64,000 bases of DNA from Minisyncoccia bacterium (GCA_046293175.1 JBKBPM010000001.1:299446-363445); one strand, 5' to 3'. Numbered from the stretch's first letter, positions 26,463-36,351 are shown. The notes: generated from the letters alone by a model not told the origin. Program-made: numbers and translations.

Positions 26463-29285
26463 CTAGGCCACGATAATGTTGAGGATTTTGCCAGGGATGT
26501 AGATAACTTTGGTAATAGTTCCCCCACTCACGTACTTCGAGATGTGATGATCACCACGGGCAAGCTCAAGAGCAGTAATTTCACTGGCGTCTGGTGCCAA
26601 GGTGATCTTGCCGCGCAATTTACCATTAATCTGTACACCAATCACTACCGCAGTGTCGCGTGCAAGTGTCTCGTCGCCGACCGGATACTCTTCACGGTGG
26701 ATACTTGAGGAGTGCCCAAGCTCGTGCCAGATTTCTTCGGTCAGGTGTGGAGCAAATGGAGCCAAGAGTCGCACAAATAATTCGTATGAGGCTTTGGTGA
26801 GTCCTGCTTTCTCAGCGAGGTTTACAAAGATCATCATCGCACTAATTGCGGTATTGAACTTGAACTCTGTAATATCTTGACTGACTTTGATGATGGTCTT
26901 GTGCAGTTGACGGGTCACTTCTGCAGTTTCTGCGCCGACGATGTGTTCAGGAAGGCCATACACACGTTCGAGGAAGCGACGGATACCGGCGATACCGCCC
27001 ATGTCCCATGGGTAGTTGTTACCCTCATAGGGCCCCATAAAGGCGAGATACATTTTGACTGTATCAGCACCGACGAGCTTCACTTGTTCGTCTGGATCAA
27101 TAACATTCCCTTTACTCTTACTCATCTTGTTACCATCTGGACCCAGGATGAGTCCCCGGTTGATACGCCGACGGTACGGTTCGCTCTCGGTCACCAGACC
27201 AAGGTCAAAGAGCGCCTTCTGCCAGAAGCGGGAGTAGAGGAGGTGCATGGTGGTGTGTTCTGCCCCACCAAAGTAGATATCAATCGGCATCCAATCTTTC
27301 TGACGTTCTAGGCTGGAGAGAGCATCATCATTGAGGTTATCGATGTAGCGAAGGAAATACCATGAAGAGTCGACAAAGGTGTCCATAGTTTCAACTTCAG
27401 GTGACCATCCTTCACCAAATAGCTCGACGGTTCGGCGTTTCAACTCTTCACTTTTGGCGAGTGGGGCGACACCGGTAGGGGTTGGATCGACACCTTCGGG
27501 TAGGAGCCATGGTAGGTGTTCTTTTGGTACTACGTGCGCTTCACCATCGGGACTGTATACAATTGGGATTGGGACGCCCCAATAGCGCTGTCGCCCAATC
27601 GACCAGTCACGGAGACGATAGGTCGAGGTCATCCGACCACCGACTTTCGCAACAATTTTTTCTTTGGCGGTTTCTGACGGTAATCCATCGAACTCACCTG
27701 AGTTGCAGACAGTCCCGCTACCAGTAAATGGAATCACCCCATCAAGTTGTCGGAGACAGTAGAGATCTTCTTCGATAGTAAACTTTTCAAGTAATTCTTC
27801 CTTGGTAAGCCATACCGGTTCTTGCTTAGCTAACTCCTCAGCTGGTATTTCGTTTTGTGTGTCTGAAGTTAGTTCAAGGAGGACTCGACGACTAGTTAGA
27901 ACTCTATTTACTTGTTTACCGGGATGGAAAAAGTGAGCTTCTGTTTCCTCAGAGATAAATCGAACGAATTTGGTTTTGTAACCTGTTTTTTCCTCGACTT
28001 CACGGATCGCTGCTTCCTCATAACTTTCTCCTTTCTCGAGACCACCAAATATGAAGCTATAGTTTTGAAACTCATGACTATACTGCACAAGATATTTGTC
28101 GGTCTTAGGGTTGTAGACGAGTGATCCAACAGCAGTGCGTGGCACCGGATTCGGTAGAGGTTGACCGAAGACTTTTCGTACCACCTGCTTCACCGGCAAA
28201 TCAAACTTCTTTGCAAATTCACCGTCACGTTCATCGTGAGCTGGTACGGCCATAATCGCCCCGGTGCCGTAGTCACCAAGCACGTAGTCTGCGACAAAGA
28301 CAGGGATTGCTTCTCCATTGGCGGGATTGATAGCAGTAATACCTTCGAGCTTCACGCCCGTCTTTTCCTTCGTGGTGTCAAGACGATCTTGTTCGTCTTT
28401 TTGTTTGGCTTTGGCTACATATGCATCCACATCAGTTACGTTCGCGGTTTTTTCCCGCACTTCAGCTGTCTGGAGTAGCGGGTGCTCCGGGGCGAGGACG
28501 AGGTAGGTAGCCCCAAAGAGCGTATCAGGACGAGTGGTGAAGACAGTGACTTTGTCACCAGTTGAAAGAGTAAAGTCTATCTCAGCGCCCTTTGAGCGAC
28601 CGATCCACTGCCGTTGGGCTTCTTTGATATGCTCTGGCCAATCGAGCGCGGCGAGGTCGTCCGTCAGTCGATCAGCGTACTTCGTGATACGCAACATCCA
28701 CTGTGGCATCTCGCGCTTCTCTATGACATCACCCGACCGTTCACAGGTACCGTCTGCGAGTACCTGTTCGTTCGCTATCGCCGTGTTACAACCCGGGCAC
28801 CAGTTTACGACCCCTTTGCCACGGTACGCAATACCATTGTTAAAAAACTGCGTGAACATCCACTGCGTCCACTTGTAGTAGCTCTCGTCGGTACTGGAGG
28901 TGGTTTTGTCCCAGGCAAACATGTTGCCCATACTCGCGAGCTGCTCGCGCATGTAGGCCATGTTGTCATACGTCCAGGTCTTGGGGTTGAGGCCACGTTT
29001 AATAGCGGCGTTTTCGGCGGGGAGACCAAAGGCATCAAAGCCCATCGGAAAGAGCACCTGCTTACCCTGCATCTGGCGAAAGCGGGCGTAGATATCAGGT
29101 ACCGCAAAAGCGTACCAATGACCGATATGGAGGTTGCCAGAGGGGTATGGCCATTCGACGAGGAGGTATTCCTTTTCGCGACTGTGGTCACGGTCACCAA
29201 CCGTGTGTTGACCCGATTCGGCCCAGACTTGTTGCCACTTCTTCTCAATCGCGTTGTCGAATTTTTTGTGCATAGAAAATACCAC
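26463..29285 (-). CDS. leuS: leucyl-tRNA synthetase with a Nudix-like insertion
   Basis: HIGH (HIGH at YPSGNLHIGHW), KMSKS (KMSKSKGN), CP1 editing motifs TTRPDT and GTGAIMAVPAHDERD. Extra segment of about 125 aa between ...KQVV and NSGEFDGL containing GGLEKGESYEEAAIREVEEKTGY. Confidence 0.95.
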   Translation of the reverse strand: MVFSMHKKFDNAIEKKWQQVWAESGQHTVGDRDHSREKEYLLVEWPYPSGNLHIGHWYAFAVPDIYARFRQMQGKQVLFPMGFDAFGLPAENAAIKRGLNPKTWTYDNMAYMREQLASMGNMFAWDKTTSSTDESYYKWTQWMFTQFFNNGIAYRGKGVVNWCPGCNTAIANEQVLADGTCERSGDVIEKREMPQWMLRITKYADRLTDDLAALDWPEHIKEAQRQWIGRSKGAEIDFTLSTGDKVTVFTTRPDTLFGATYLVLAPEHPLLQTAEVREKTANVTDVDAYVAKAKQKDEQDRLDTTKEKTGVKLEGITAINPANGEAIPVFVADYVLGDYGTGAIMAVPAHDERDGEFAKKFDLPVKQVVRKVFGQPLPNPVPRTAVGSLVYNPKTDKYLVQYSHEFQNYSFIFGGLEKGESYEEAAIREVEEKTGYKTKFVRFISEETEAHFFHPGKQVNRVLTSRRVLLELTSDTQNEIPAEELAKQEPVWLTKEELLEKFTIEEDLYCLRQLDGVIPFTGSGTVCNSGEFDGLPSETAKEKIVAKVGGRMTSTYRLRDWSIGRQRYWGVPIPIVYSPDGEAHVVPKEHLPWLLPEGVDPTPTGVAPLAKSEELKRRTVELFGEGWSPEVETMDTFVDSSWYFLRYIDNLNDDALSSLERQKDWMPIDIYFGGAEHTTMHLLYSRFWQKALFDLGLVTESEPYRRRINRGLILGPDGNKMSKSKGNVIDPDEQVKLVGADTVKMYLAFMGPYEGNNYPWDMGGIAGIRRFLERVYGLPEHIVGAETAEVTRQLHKTIIKVSQDITEFKFNTAISAMMIFVNLAEKAGLTKASYELFVRLLAPFAPHLTEEIWHELGHSSSIHREEYPVGDETLARDTAVVIGVQINGKLRGKITLAPDASEITALELARGDHHISKYVSGGTITKVIYIPGKILNIIVA

Positions 29286-29346
29286 CTCATTTATGAATAA
29301 CGTATTTGTTAGTATGCCATGAATTGGCAGAATGTAAAAAGAAAGC

Positions 29347-29372
29347 GAGCGGGCGCAAAGTTGCGCCCGCTC
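29347..29372 (-). terminator. rho-independent terminator (gagcgggcgc aaagtt gcgcccgctc)
   Basis: 10-bp GC stem followed in minus sense by a U-rich tract. Confidence 0.55.
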
Positions 29373-29379
29373 GAAACGG

Positions 29380-30105
29380 TTAGGTGGTGGTAGACCGCCG
29401 GAATGTCAGCATGGCCCATAGGAACAGCCCACTGCCAGCATAGGAGACGAGCACAAGCCAGAACGGCATAGATGAACCTTTGCTGTTCCAGCCTAAAAAC
29501 ATGATACCTGGGATGGTGACTGAACCAACCCACCACATCCAGTCTTCGGCCCGGTCTGTCGCATCCTCGGAAGGATGTTGACACAGATACTGCCAGAAGT
29601 AGCGCGGCCAGAAGTAGACCGGCCAGAGCATGAGCACCCAGATGAACGGGACACTGAGCCACCGCCATTTGCTCGGCGGTGGCGGTTCAACCGCCTCGCC
29701 CGCTGTGTCGTCTGCTGCGAACTTCATGATAGCCTCGACTTCGTCGATTTCTTCTTCCGTGACTTGGACTGATGTCGGTTGCGCCGGTGATCCGGAAATC
29801 CCCCGCATTTCATCCATATCGTCATAACCGAAGCGAGCCAGAAGTGAGGTATTTTCCCCGTGCGGTTCTGCCGCCCCATCCTGGTCTTTTCGCCTGAAAA
29901 AGAGCAGGAGGGTTGACCCTGCTACCACGATGCTGGCGAGGGTGGCGAGGAAAAATGTCCACCAGCCAACCCAGTACCCGACCGTGCCGATAGCGGCAAA
30001 GACGAGAACAGCGAGGCCGATGGACACGGCCCAATAGAGGGTCCGGTCATCTTCCGGTGTGTGTTCGCCCCAGCTGCGGTGCGGTTCGTTCGTTTGTTCT
30101 GTCAT
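29380..30105 (-). CDS. hypothetical membrane protein (Trp-rich), in a locally high-GC segment
   Basis: 241 aa with about 5 TM. GC visibly higher than its surroundings. Confidence 0.5.
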   Translation of the reverse strand: MTEQTNEPHRSWGEHTPEDDRTLYWAVSIGLAVLVFAAIGTVGYWVGWWTFFLATLASIVVAGSTLLLFFRRKDQDGAAEPHGENTSLLARFGYDDMDEMRGISGSPAQPTSVQVTEEEIDEVEAIMKFAADDTAGEAVEPPPPSKWRWLSVPFIWVLMLWPVYFWPRYFWQYLCQHPSEDATDRAEDWMWWVGSVTIPGIMFLGWNSKGSSMPFWLVLVSYAGSGLFLWAMLTFRRSTTT

Positions 30106-30200
30106 TGGCTACTCCCTCTGGTGCCTGTTTCCCTGCTTGATTTGCAGGTCCATTCGTGACCTTACAAAAAATAGCGACATTTGTCTATCCACAGGTAAGA

Positions 30201-30229
30201 AAACCCACAAACGTGGTGTTTGTGGGTTT
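30201..30229 (-). terminator. rho-independent terminator (aaacccacaaac gtggt gtttgtgggttt)
   Basis: 12-bp stem downstream of the response-regulator stop. Confidence 0.55.
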
Positions 30230-30236
30230 CTCGTTT

Positions 30237-30641
30237 CTACTCTGCTGTGTATAAAAGGAGTCTGATCTGCTTCACGAGGTCATCGAGGCTATGGTGCGCC
30301 TTAATAAAGTAATCGAGAGGCTTCGCTTCATGTGCGAGGCCGATGTTGTTCACATCATCCATGGCAGTAAGAATCACCACGTTGGCACTCCGACCCCATT
30401 CGTCCTCGCGCAAGCGACGGAACATTTCCTGTCCGTCCATAATCGGCATCATGAGATCAAGAAGAATCAAGTCTGGATGATCACGAAGCGCCATTTCAAG
30501 TCCTACCTGACCGTTTTCGGCTCCTGATACCTTGTATCCTTCTTCGTGGAGGGCTTCTATCATCGCCTCGCGGAGGTCGACTTCATCTTCAATGACAAGA
30601 ATACGTTTTTCCATGTCCCCGATTGTACCATAGCTACCCAT
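30237..30641 (-). CDS. stand-alone response-regulator receiver domain (CheY-like)
   Basis: ILVIEDE...DLILLDLMMP...T receiver motifs with no output domain. Start chosen at MGSYGT with a GAGGA RBS. Confidence 0.8.
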   Translation of the reverse strand: MGSYGTIGDMEKRILVIEDEVDLREAMIEALHEEGYKVSGAENGQVGLEMALRDHPDLILLDLMMPIMDGQEMFRRLREDEWGRSANVVILTAMDDVNNIGLAHEAKPLDYFIKAHHSLDDLVKQIRLLLYTAE

Positions 30642-30677
30642 GGTCTGTCCTCTACCACATTGGTATGATACTTGTAT

Positions 30678-31943
30678 ATGCAAATTAAGGTCGGCTTCGG
30701 GACTTGGCGAGCCGTGCGTATGTTCCTTATTGTTCTCGCTCTGTCTGCAGTCTATGGCGGTATCTATTTTGTTGTGTCGCTCTTGTTGCCAACTATACTC
30801 GGGCCAGTGTTGCTTGTAAGCTTCGTACTCTTACTTGCCTTTGGGGTGGTGACAGTTGGTTCGCCTGATGAAGCTATGGCCAAATGGCACGAAGACCAAC
30901 TCCTCTCGACCCGCGAACTTTACTCCACCCTCTATACGCAGAGTCCAGTGCCGTATCTTACCCTGGATAAGGCAGGGGTGATTACAACGTGTAACCAAGC
31001 AGCCGCTCGCCTCTTTGGAATTACGATGGAACAAATGGTCGGTACAACCGTGAGTGACCGCTTCACTCACGAGGATGAGGTACATCTTTCGGTAGTGCTC
31101 GGTAAGTTCTCATCTGGCTCGACCATTATGGATAGCGAACTACAATTTCGTACCTACACTGATGAACTACGCTGGGTCTCTCTGTACTACTTCGTAAACC
31201 AGACCTTTGACCAACGTCTCGTCTCAATGATTGATGTCACACAGCATAAGATAGTTGATAAGGCGAAGAGCGAGTTTGTCGCGCTTGCGACCCACCAGTT
31301 GCGGACGCCTGTCGCGGCTATCCGCTGGAATGTAGAGCTGCTTGAACGGTCGATGCGTGGTGCCGCGAGTGAGAAGCAAACCAACTACCTCATGAAGATC
31401 GGCCGCAATGTGACCCGTATGCTCGCCCTCATTAATGACTTTCTTAGTGTCTCAAAGCTTGAGACTGGTACCTTCTCCACTGCTCCCGAGCCGATTGAAC
31501 TCTCGACCTACCTCCCGACCATTGTGGAAGAATTTGAAGGTCAGATTAAAGAAAAGCAGATTGAACTTACGGTCAATTATCAACCGGCACCTTTCACCTA
31601 CACTGCTGATAGTCGTCTTTTCCATATTATTACGAGCAATCTTCTCTCCAACGCAGTGAAGTACGTGCGACCGAGCGATCGTATTGCTTTTGGCTACGTG
31701 CTTGAAGGCAATGAACTCGTCTTTACCGTCGCTGATAGCGGTATTGGTATTCCCGCCGAGCAGCTGCCGCGCCTCTTTAGTAAGTTCTTCCGGGCTTCAA
31801 ATGCTATGCAGCACCGCGCCGAAGGTACAGGACTTGGGCTCTACATCGTGAAGGAATCAGTGGAGCAGCTTGGGGGGACGATTACCGTGCAGTCAGTTGA
31901 GAATCAGGGTACAACCTTTATTGTCAGGCTTCCAGTGGCATAG
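30678..31943 (+). CDS. sensor histidine kinase (2 TM, PAS, HisKA, HATPase_c)
   Basis: H-box HQLRTPVAAIRWNVELL, PAS-like segment, G-boxes (GTGLGL). Divergently arranged with the receiver gene. Confidence 0.85.
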   Translation: MQIKVGFGTWRAVRMFLIVLALSAVYGGIYFVVSLLLPTILGPVLLVSFVLLLAFGVVTVGSPDEAMAKWHEDQLLSTRELYSTLYTQSPVPYLTLDKAGVITTCNQAAARLFGITMEQMVGTTVSDRFTHEDEVHLSVVLGKFSSGSTIMDSELQFRTYTDELRWVSLYYFVNQTFDQRLVSMIDVTQHKIVDKAKSEFVALATHQLRTPVAAIRWNVELLERSMRGAASEKQTNYLMKIGRNVTRMLALINDFLSVSKLETGTFSTAPEPIELSTYLPTIVEEFEGQIKEKQIELTVNYQPAPFTYTADSRLFHIITSNLLSNAVKYVRPSDRIAFGYVLEGNELVFTVADSGIGIPAEQLPRLFSKFFRASNAMQHRAEGTGLGLYIVKESVEQLGGTITVQSVENQGTTFIVRLPVA

Positions 31944-32086
31944 ACAAACAAAAACCGCTTCCTTTTGAGGAAGCAGTTTTGTTATCACCATTCAAAACTA
32001 AGTGATAAGACACGGATAAAGCCATTAGGAATAGGCTTTACTCGCGAAAAATCGCAATTGTCGCGCTTTGCGCTCTGTAGCTCATT

Positions 32087-32986
32087 TTACTTAACGACTC
32101 GTTCAAAACAATATCGTCCTTCTTTATAGTTCCAATTTTCAGGATTCTTGATCCTGGCCATCGGGTCTACATAGCCACTGTCCATGAACTCATTTGGCGC
32201 ACTATCGCGGGAGAAGGTGGCGCAGAGCTTAAAGCCCTTGTCGGTTTTTTCATAACTATAGGCCTCGCGTCCTTCTGGTGCGGTTGGTACTACCCCACCA
32301 ACGTCCGTATACGCCTCTTCGAGCGTATTTGGCAGGGTTGAGCTACTCATCGCCATATAGCTATCAATTTGCCACTGGATATTGCGGAGGTCGTTTACCT
32401 GTTGCTCATCAAGCTTCATGTCGCGGACCACGGCTGGGGTTTCGATATTACCAAGGCCAAAGGCAACTGCTAGAAATACCACCAAGGATGCACCAATACC
32501 AAACATGACTGACTTCCCCTCTTCTTTCACCCAGATACCGCGGGCATCAAGAATGTAGTAATGGAAGGCGGCACCTACCACAACGAGTACGGTCGCGGCC
32601 TTAAGGAGGAACCGGGTGGTCAAGTCACCGTTAAGGAAGGTGTAGATGGTGGTTACGAGTGTCCCAAGGAGTACCAGTCCGCCAATGAGGAGTGAGAGGT
32701 AAATGAGCCACTTCGTGATGTTCTGATAAAGTGCACCTTGTTCAACCCGACGGAAACGGTTCATGAGCCGAGTGAGGACGAGATAAGTTGGGAAAAAGAC
32801 AAGCAACATCGCAATACCGATACGGATACCTTCAGTAGCACTTTCTATTTCCCAATAGGTGTCACTAGCACTTGGGTAACTGATATTAATAAGTCCAAAT
32901 AAGAGCGTGATTAAAAATGATGCAGACAAGTAAAGCGCAATTAATGACCCTACTTGTAAGACAACGTTACGTGGTGTGTTTTCCAT
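32087..32986 (-). CDS. hypothetical membrane protein (polytopic N-terminus plus extracytoplasmic C-terminal domain; DUF5671-like)
   Basis: About 5 TM followed by a soluble domain with conserved Cys pair. Family assignment from memory only. Confidence 0.5.
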   Translation of the reverse strand: MENTPRNVVLQVGSLIALYLSASFLITLLFGLINISYPSASDTYWEIESATEGIRIGIAMLLVFFPTYLVLTRLMNRFRRVEQGALYQNITKWLIYLSLLIGGLVLLGTLVTTIYTFLNGDLTTRFLLKAATVLVVVGAAFHYYILDARGIWVKEEGKSVMFGIGASLVVFLAVAFGLGNIETPAVVRDMKLDEQQVNDLRNIQWQIDSYMAMSSSTLPNTLEEAYTDVGGVVPTAPEGREAYSYEKTDKGFKLCATFSRDSAPNEFMDSGYVDPMARIKNPENWNYKEGRYCFERVVK

Positions 32987-33023
32987 ATATCTTTATTATA
33001 CGCTTATACAGGCTGAAAAGTAA

Positions 33024-33617
33024 CTATCTGTTGGTATTGGTCCAAAGGTCTTTCCACCATTCGGACGGATCCCGCTCATAGAGGGTTTTGCCAAGTTCTT
33101 TGGCAGCGTCAGTCTTGAGGCGATCAATTGGTCGCGAATCTACATCGCTGCGTTTACCTGCGAGCCAAATCTGTGCTTCTTTACTACCCTGCCACTCGTA
33201 TTCACGGAGGAGGAGTATTTGGTCGATAATATCAGCGTCTTTGGCACAGAGAGATTCGAGTGATTCTCGTTTCTCATACTCCTGGTTAAGTACCAGCAGG
33301 TCATCAAATGGCAGTGTGCCAAGTTGATCTTCGGCTATTTCTGCATCAAATACCTTCACGTAGCGTTTGTGTACCCAGTTGTGGTCGTTACTGCGGATTT
33401 CACCAAGATCATGAATAAGACACATCATGACTGTCTTGTATGGATCGGCACCGGCAAGTTTGGCTAAATGCCAGCCGATAATGGCGACGCGGTAAGAGTG
33501 CGAAGCAATAGTATCTGACGAATCCTCGACAAGGAGCGTCTGCCGGTGCATGCGCTGCAAACGGCGCATGGTACCTACTTCGAATAAAAAGTCAGCCAAT
33601 CGCTTATTGGTATCCAT
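33024..33617 (-). CDS. HD-domain phosphohydrolase (YfbR-like)
   Basis: HSYRVA...HDLGE motifs. Start at MDTNKRLADF (33617) preferred over the track ORF start 33722. Confidence 0.7.
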   Translation of the reverse strand: MDTNKRLADFLFEVGTMRRLQRMHRQTLLVEDSSDTIASHSYRVAIIGWHLAKLAGADPYKTVMMCLIHDLGEIRSNDHNWVHKRYVKVFDAEIAEDQLGTLPFDDLLVLNQEYEKRESLESLCAKDADIIDQILLLREYEWQGSKEAQIWLAGKRSDVDSRPIDRLKTDAAKELGKTLYERDPSEWWKDLWTNTNR

Positions 33618-33775
33618 ACCAGTATTATACGCCAGTTTGTGGCGAAAGAAAAAAGGGGCGCAAAGCGCCCGACGTGCCAGAGTGGCACCAAGTACCGACA
33701 GTGTGGGCAACGTACCACCCACTCAAAGCTTGGGGTGAAGAACGCGTGGCCACAATGCGGACAATATATAATCAT
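33575..33775 (-). CDS. candidate zinc-ribbon small protein (two CPHC motifs)
   Basis: MIIYCPHCGHAFF...VRCPHCRY with a strong RBS AAGGAG 7 nt upstream. Overlaps the preferred HD start by about 43 nt, so uncertain. Confidence 0.3.
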   Translation of the reverse strand: MIIYCPHCGHAFFTPSFEWVVRCPHCRYLVPLWHVGRFAPLFSFATNWRIILVWIPISDWLTFYSK

Positions 33776-33867
33776 AGACTGCTCCTTTTTTGGTTTTTCC
33801 TTGCTCTATGACGGTCGAAGTAGGAAAAAGGTTACAGAACCGATGAATCACGGTATACTCTAGGTAT

Positions 33868-34137
33868 ATGAAACCTGATGATTTGAAACAAGCCCCCAAG
33901 CTTTTTTGTGAGAGTATTAACATTGGCTTTACCTCCGAGTTCTTTGTGATGGGACTCTCCTCTGGTAATCAGGCCTCTATCTATTCACTCACTCCCCAGC
34001 ACGCGAAGCGCTTGCAGCAGTATCTCACGCACCAAATTGCCGACTACGAAAAGACCCATGGCGCTATCAAAGCCGAGTGGTCCCCAACAATTATCAGTCC
34101 CGTCCAGCGGGCCAATCCTCCGAGCGACCTTAGTTAA
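33868..34137 (+). CDS. hypothetical small protein (DUF3467-like)
   Basis: 89 aa with FVMGLSSGNQASIYSLTPQHAKRLQQYL resembling DUF3467. Recalled, not searched. Confidence 0.4.
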   Translation: MKPDDLKQAPKLFCESINIGFTSEFFVMGLSSGNQASIYSLTPQHAKRLQQYLTHQIADYEKTHGAIKAEWSPTIISPVQRANPPSDLS

Positions 34138-34164
34138 AAGCTTCAAAAACGTTTAAGTAATAAC

Positions 34165-34198
34165 AAAAACTTACTATCATATATGATAGTAAGTTTTT
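34165..34198. terminator. bidirectional terminator, perfect palindrome aaaaacttactatca tata tgatagtaagttttt
   Basis: 15-bp stem flanked by A5/T5. Between the convergent 33868..34137 (+) gene and ychF (-). Confidence 0.65.
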
Positions 34199-34246
34199 GC
34201 ACTGGCACTTTATGTTTTTACAAATGGTACCTCTTTGTAGCGGTAG

Positions 34247-35347
34247 CTAGATCAAAAACTCAATCACGTCACCATCTTGCACAATATACTCCTTACCTTC
34301 GGTGCGGAGTTTGCCGGCTTCACGCGCTTTGGCAATTGAGCCACACTCGACTAGGTCTGCAAAGGTTACTACTTGTGCGCGGATATATTTCTTTTCAAAA
34401 TCAGTATGGATGGCAGCCGCTGCTTTTGGTCCAGTTGAACCAATTGGTACGGTCCAGGCACGTGTCTCCTTTTCACCGGTGGTGAAATAGGACATGAGTC
34501 CAAGCCGGGTGTAACAAGCCCGGATGAGGGTGCCAATACCACTATCCTGGGCACCGTATTCACGACGGAAGTCCATCTTCTCGTCTTCGGCGAGGTCGCG
34601 TAGTTCATGTTCCATCCCAGCGTCAACCACTACATACTCTGCACCGGTGACATCAAAGAAATCAAGCAAGTCATGCCAGCGTTCGTCACTCTGGTCATCG
34701 AGGTTCATGCCGCCGTGCTTCTTGTTACAAATATACAAAAAGGGCTTCATGGTGAGGAGGTGGAGGTGTTTTACGACCTTTAACTCGTCTTCATTCATCT
34801 CAAGCTGGTTTGCAAGGTTTCCATCGGCGAGATGCTGTTTGATACGAACGAGGAGGTCGCGTTCGACGATCGCATCCTTGTCCCCTCGCTTCGTATCACG
34901 TTCGACGTTCTGGAGGCGCTTCTCCACGGTCTCTGCGTCAGCCAGCACAAGTTCGAGATTAATCACTTCGATATCCCCACGTGGGTCAATGTGGCCGGCC
35001 ACATGGTGGATGTCTTCGTCTTCAAAGATACGTACCACCTGTCCAATCATATCGGTCTCGCGGATGTTGGCAAGGAACTTGTTGCCGAGACCTTCCCCAC
35101 TGGCGGCACCCTCAACCAATCCGGCAATATCCACAAATTCAATCACTGCTGGAATAATTTGCTGTGAACTAGAAATAGCACTGAGGGTCTCGAGTCGACT
35201 ATCCGGTACTGCCACCACACCGACAGATGGGTCGATGGTAGCAAAAGGATAGTTCGCAATGAGGACCTCATTGCGTGTAAGGGCGGTGAATAAAGTTGAT
35301 TTGCCGACGTTTGGGAGGCCGACAATACCGACTGATAGTTTTGACAT
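34247..35347 (-). CDS. ychF: ribosome-binding ATPase YchF
   Basis: GLPNVGKST P-loop, Obg-like G domain, C-terminal TGS domain. Confidence 0.95.
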   Translation of the reverse strand: MSKLSVGIVGLPNVGKSTLFTALTRNEVLIANYPFATIDPSVGVVAVPDSRLETLSAISSSQQIIPAVIEFVDIAGLVEGAASGEGLGNKFLANIRETDMIGQVVRIFEDEDIHHVAGHIDPRGDIEVINLELVLADAETVEKRLQNVERDTKRGDKDAIVERDLLVRIKQHLADGNLANQLEMNEDELKVVKHLHLLTMKPFLYICNKKHGGMNLDDQSDERWHDLLDFFDVTGAEYVVVDAGMEHELRDLAEDEKMDFRREYGAQDSGIGTLIRACYTRLGLMSYFTTGEKETRAWTVPIGSTGPKAAAAIHTDFEKKYIRAQVVTFADLVECGSIAKAREAGKLRTEGKEYIVQDGDVIEFLI

Positions 35348-35511
35348 ATGGGGCTGAGTGTAGCAGAAAAGTCTATAAAAAAGAAGCCGCCCTCCGAAGA
35401 AGGCGGTGTCGAGGGAGCCGTACCAGGAGCCGGCGGGACTGCTCTAGGTACATCATGCGGCCAGCATCAATGAGGCTCACCTCGACATTTCTACTATAGC
35501 AGAGACGATAG

Positions 35512-36351
35512 TTATAGCAATGGGGCGACGTATTCGCAGAATTTGATTTCGTTCTTATCCTTCCCCAGCTTTACTGCAAAAGCTTCTTTAACTGCCTCAC
35601 GACCACCAAGAATATCAACGAGTTTTTTTTCTTGGGCTTTGGTACCGGTGAGGGTTGAACCATCGGCAAGTACGGCCACGTCATCGCGATTTATATTTCG
35701 GTATTTACTCACGAGATCAATAAAGTAGTTGTGTATCTCTTCGAGCTGTCCCTCAAGGAGTGCGCGCTCTTCTTCTGTTAGTGGTTTGTTTGGACTGCCG
35801 GTGTCTTTGAATTTACCAGAGTTAAGTGGTACGTAAGTGATACCTTCTTCTTCATTCTTTTCTGATTCCTCGGTGTATGACATGGTCACGCCGATGCTCC
35901 CGACGTCTGACATCGGGGACGCCACAATTGTATCGGCAGCCGAAGCAATCATGTACCCACCTGAGGCAGCGATGTCTCCGACGAGTGCGATGTTTGGTAT
36001 TTCGAGTGCAGCGATCTGACTGGCGATGTCTTCAGACGCCACTGGTGTGCCACCAGGTGAGTTGATTTCAAACATTACGCCTTCAATCATGCTTTCGTAC
36101 TCTAGAGTCGAGAGGAAGTCACGCACATCAGTTGGTGTGGTCACAAAGTCATCGTACATCACTCCATTGCCGTACGGCATAATCACCCCATTAATGGGCA
36201 TCACTGCGATGTTACATTCACCATCACTGATACTTGTGAGACTAAAGGTAAAGAAGCCAATCATCCCAATGATGATAGCGAGGGTCAGGATAACAGCAAA
36301 GACTTTGAGTAAAACACTGGCGAGCTCCCGCCTAAATGACATATGAGACAT
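35512..36351 (-). CDS. sppA: signal peptide peptidase SppA (36K type)
   Basis: N-terminal TM and ClpP/crotonase-like S49 motifs (GDIAASGGYMIASAAD). Confidence 0.85.
   Translation of the reverse strand: MSHMSFRRELASVLLKVFAVILTLAIIIGMIGFFTFSLTSISDGECNIAVMPINGVIMPYGNGVMYDDFVTTPTDVRDFLSTLEYESMIEGVMFEINSPGGTPVASEDIASQIAALEIPNIALVGDIAASGGYMIASAADTIVASPMSDVGSIGVTMSYTEESEKNEEEGITYVPLNSGKFKDTGSPNKPLTEEERALLEGQLEEIHNYFIDLVSKYRNINRDDVAVLADGSTLTGTKAQEKKLVDILGGREAVKEAFAVKLGKDKNEIKFCEYVAPLL

Noticed and set aside
26463-29285. Initial impression that LeuS had lost its CP1 editing domain
   Set aside because: On re-reading, both editing-domain landmarks (TTRPDT threonine-rich motif and GTGAIMAVPAHDERD with the conserved Asp) are present with normal spacing. 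Only the Nudix-like insertion downstream is unusual.
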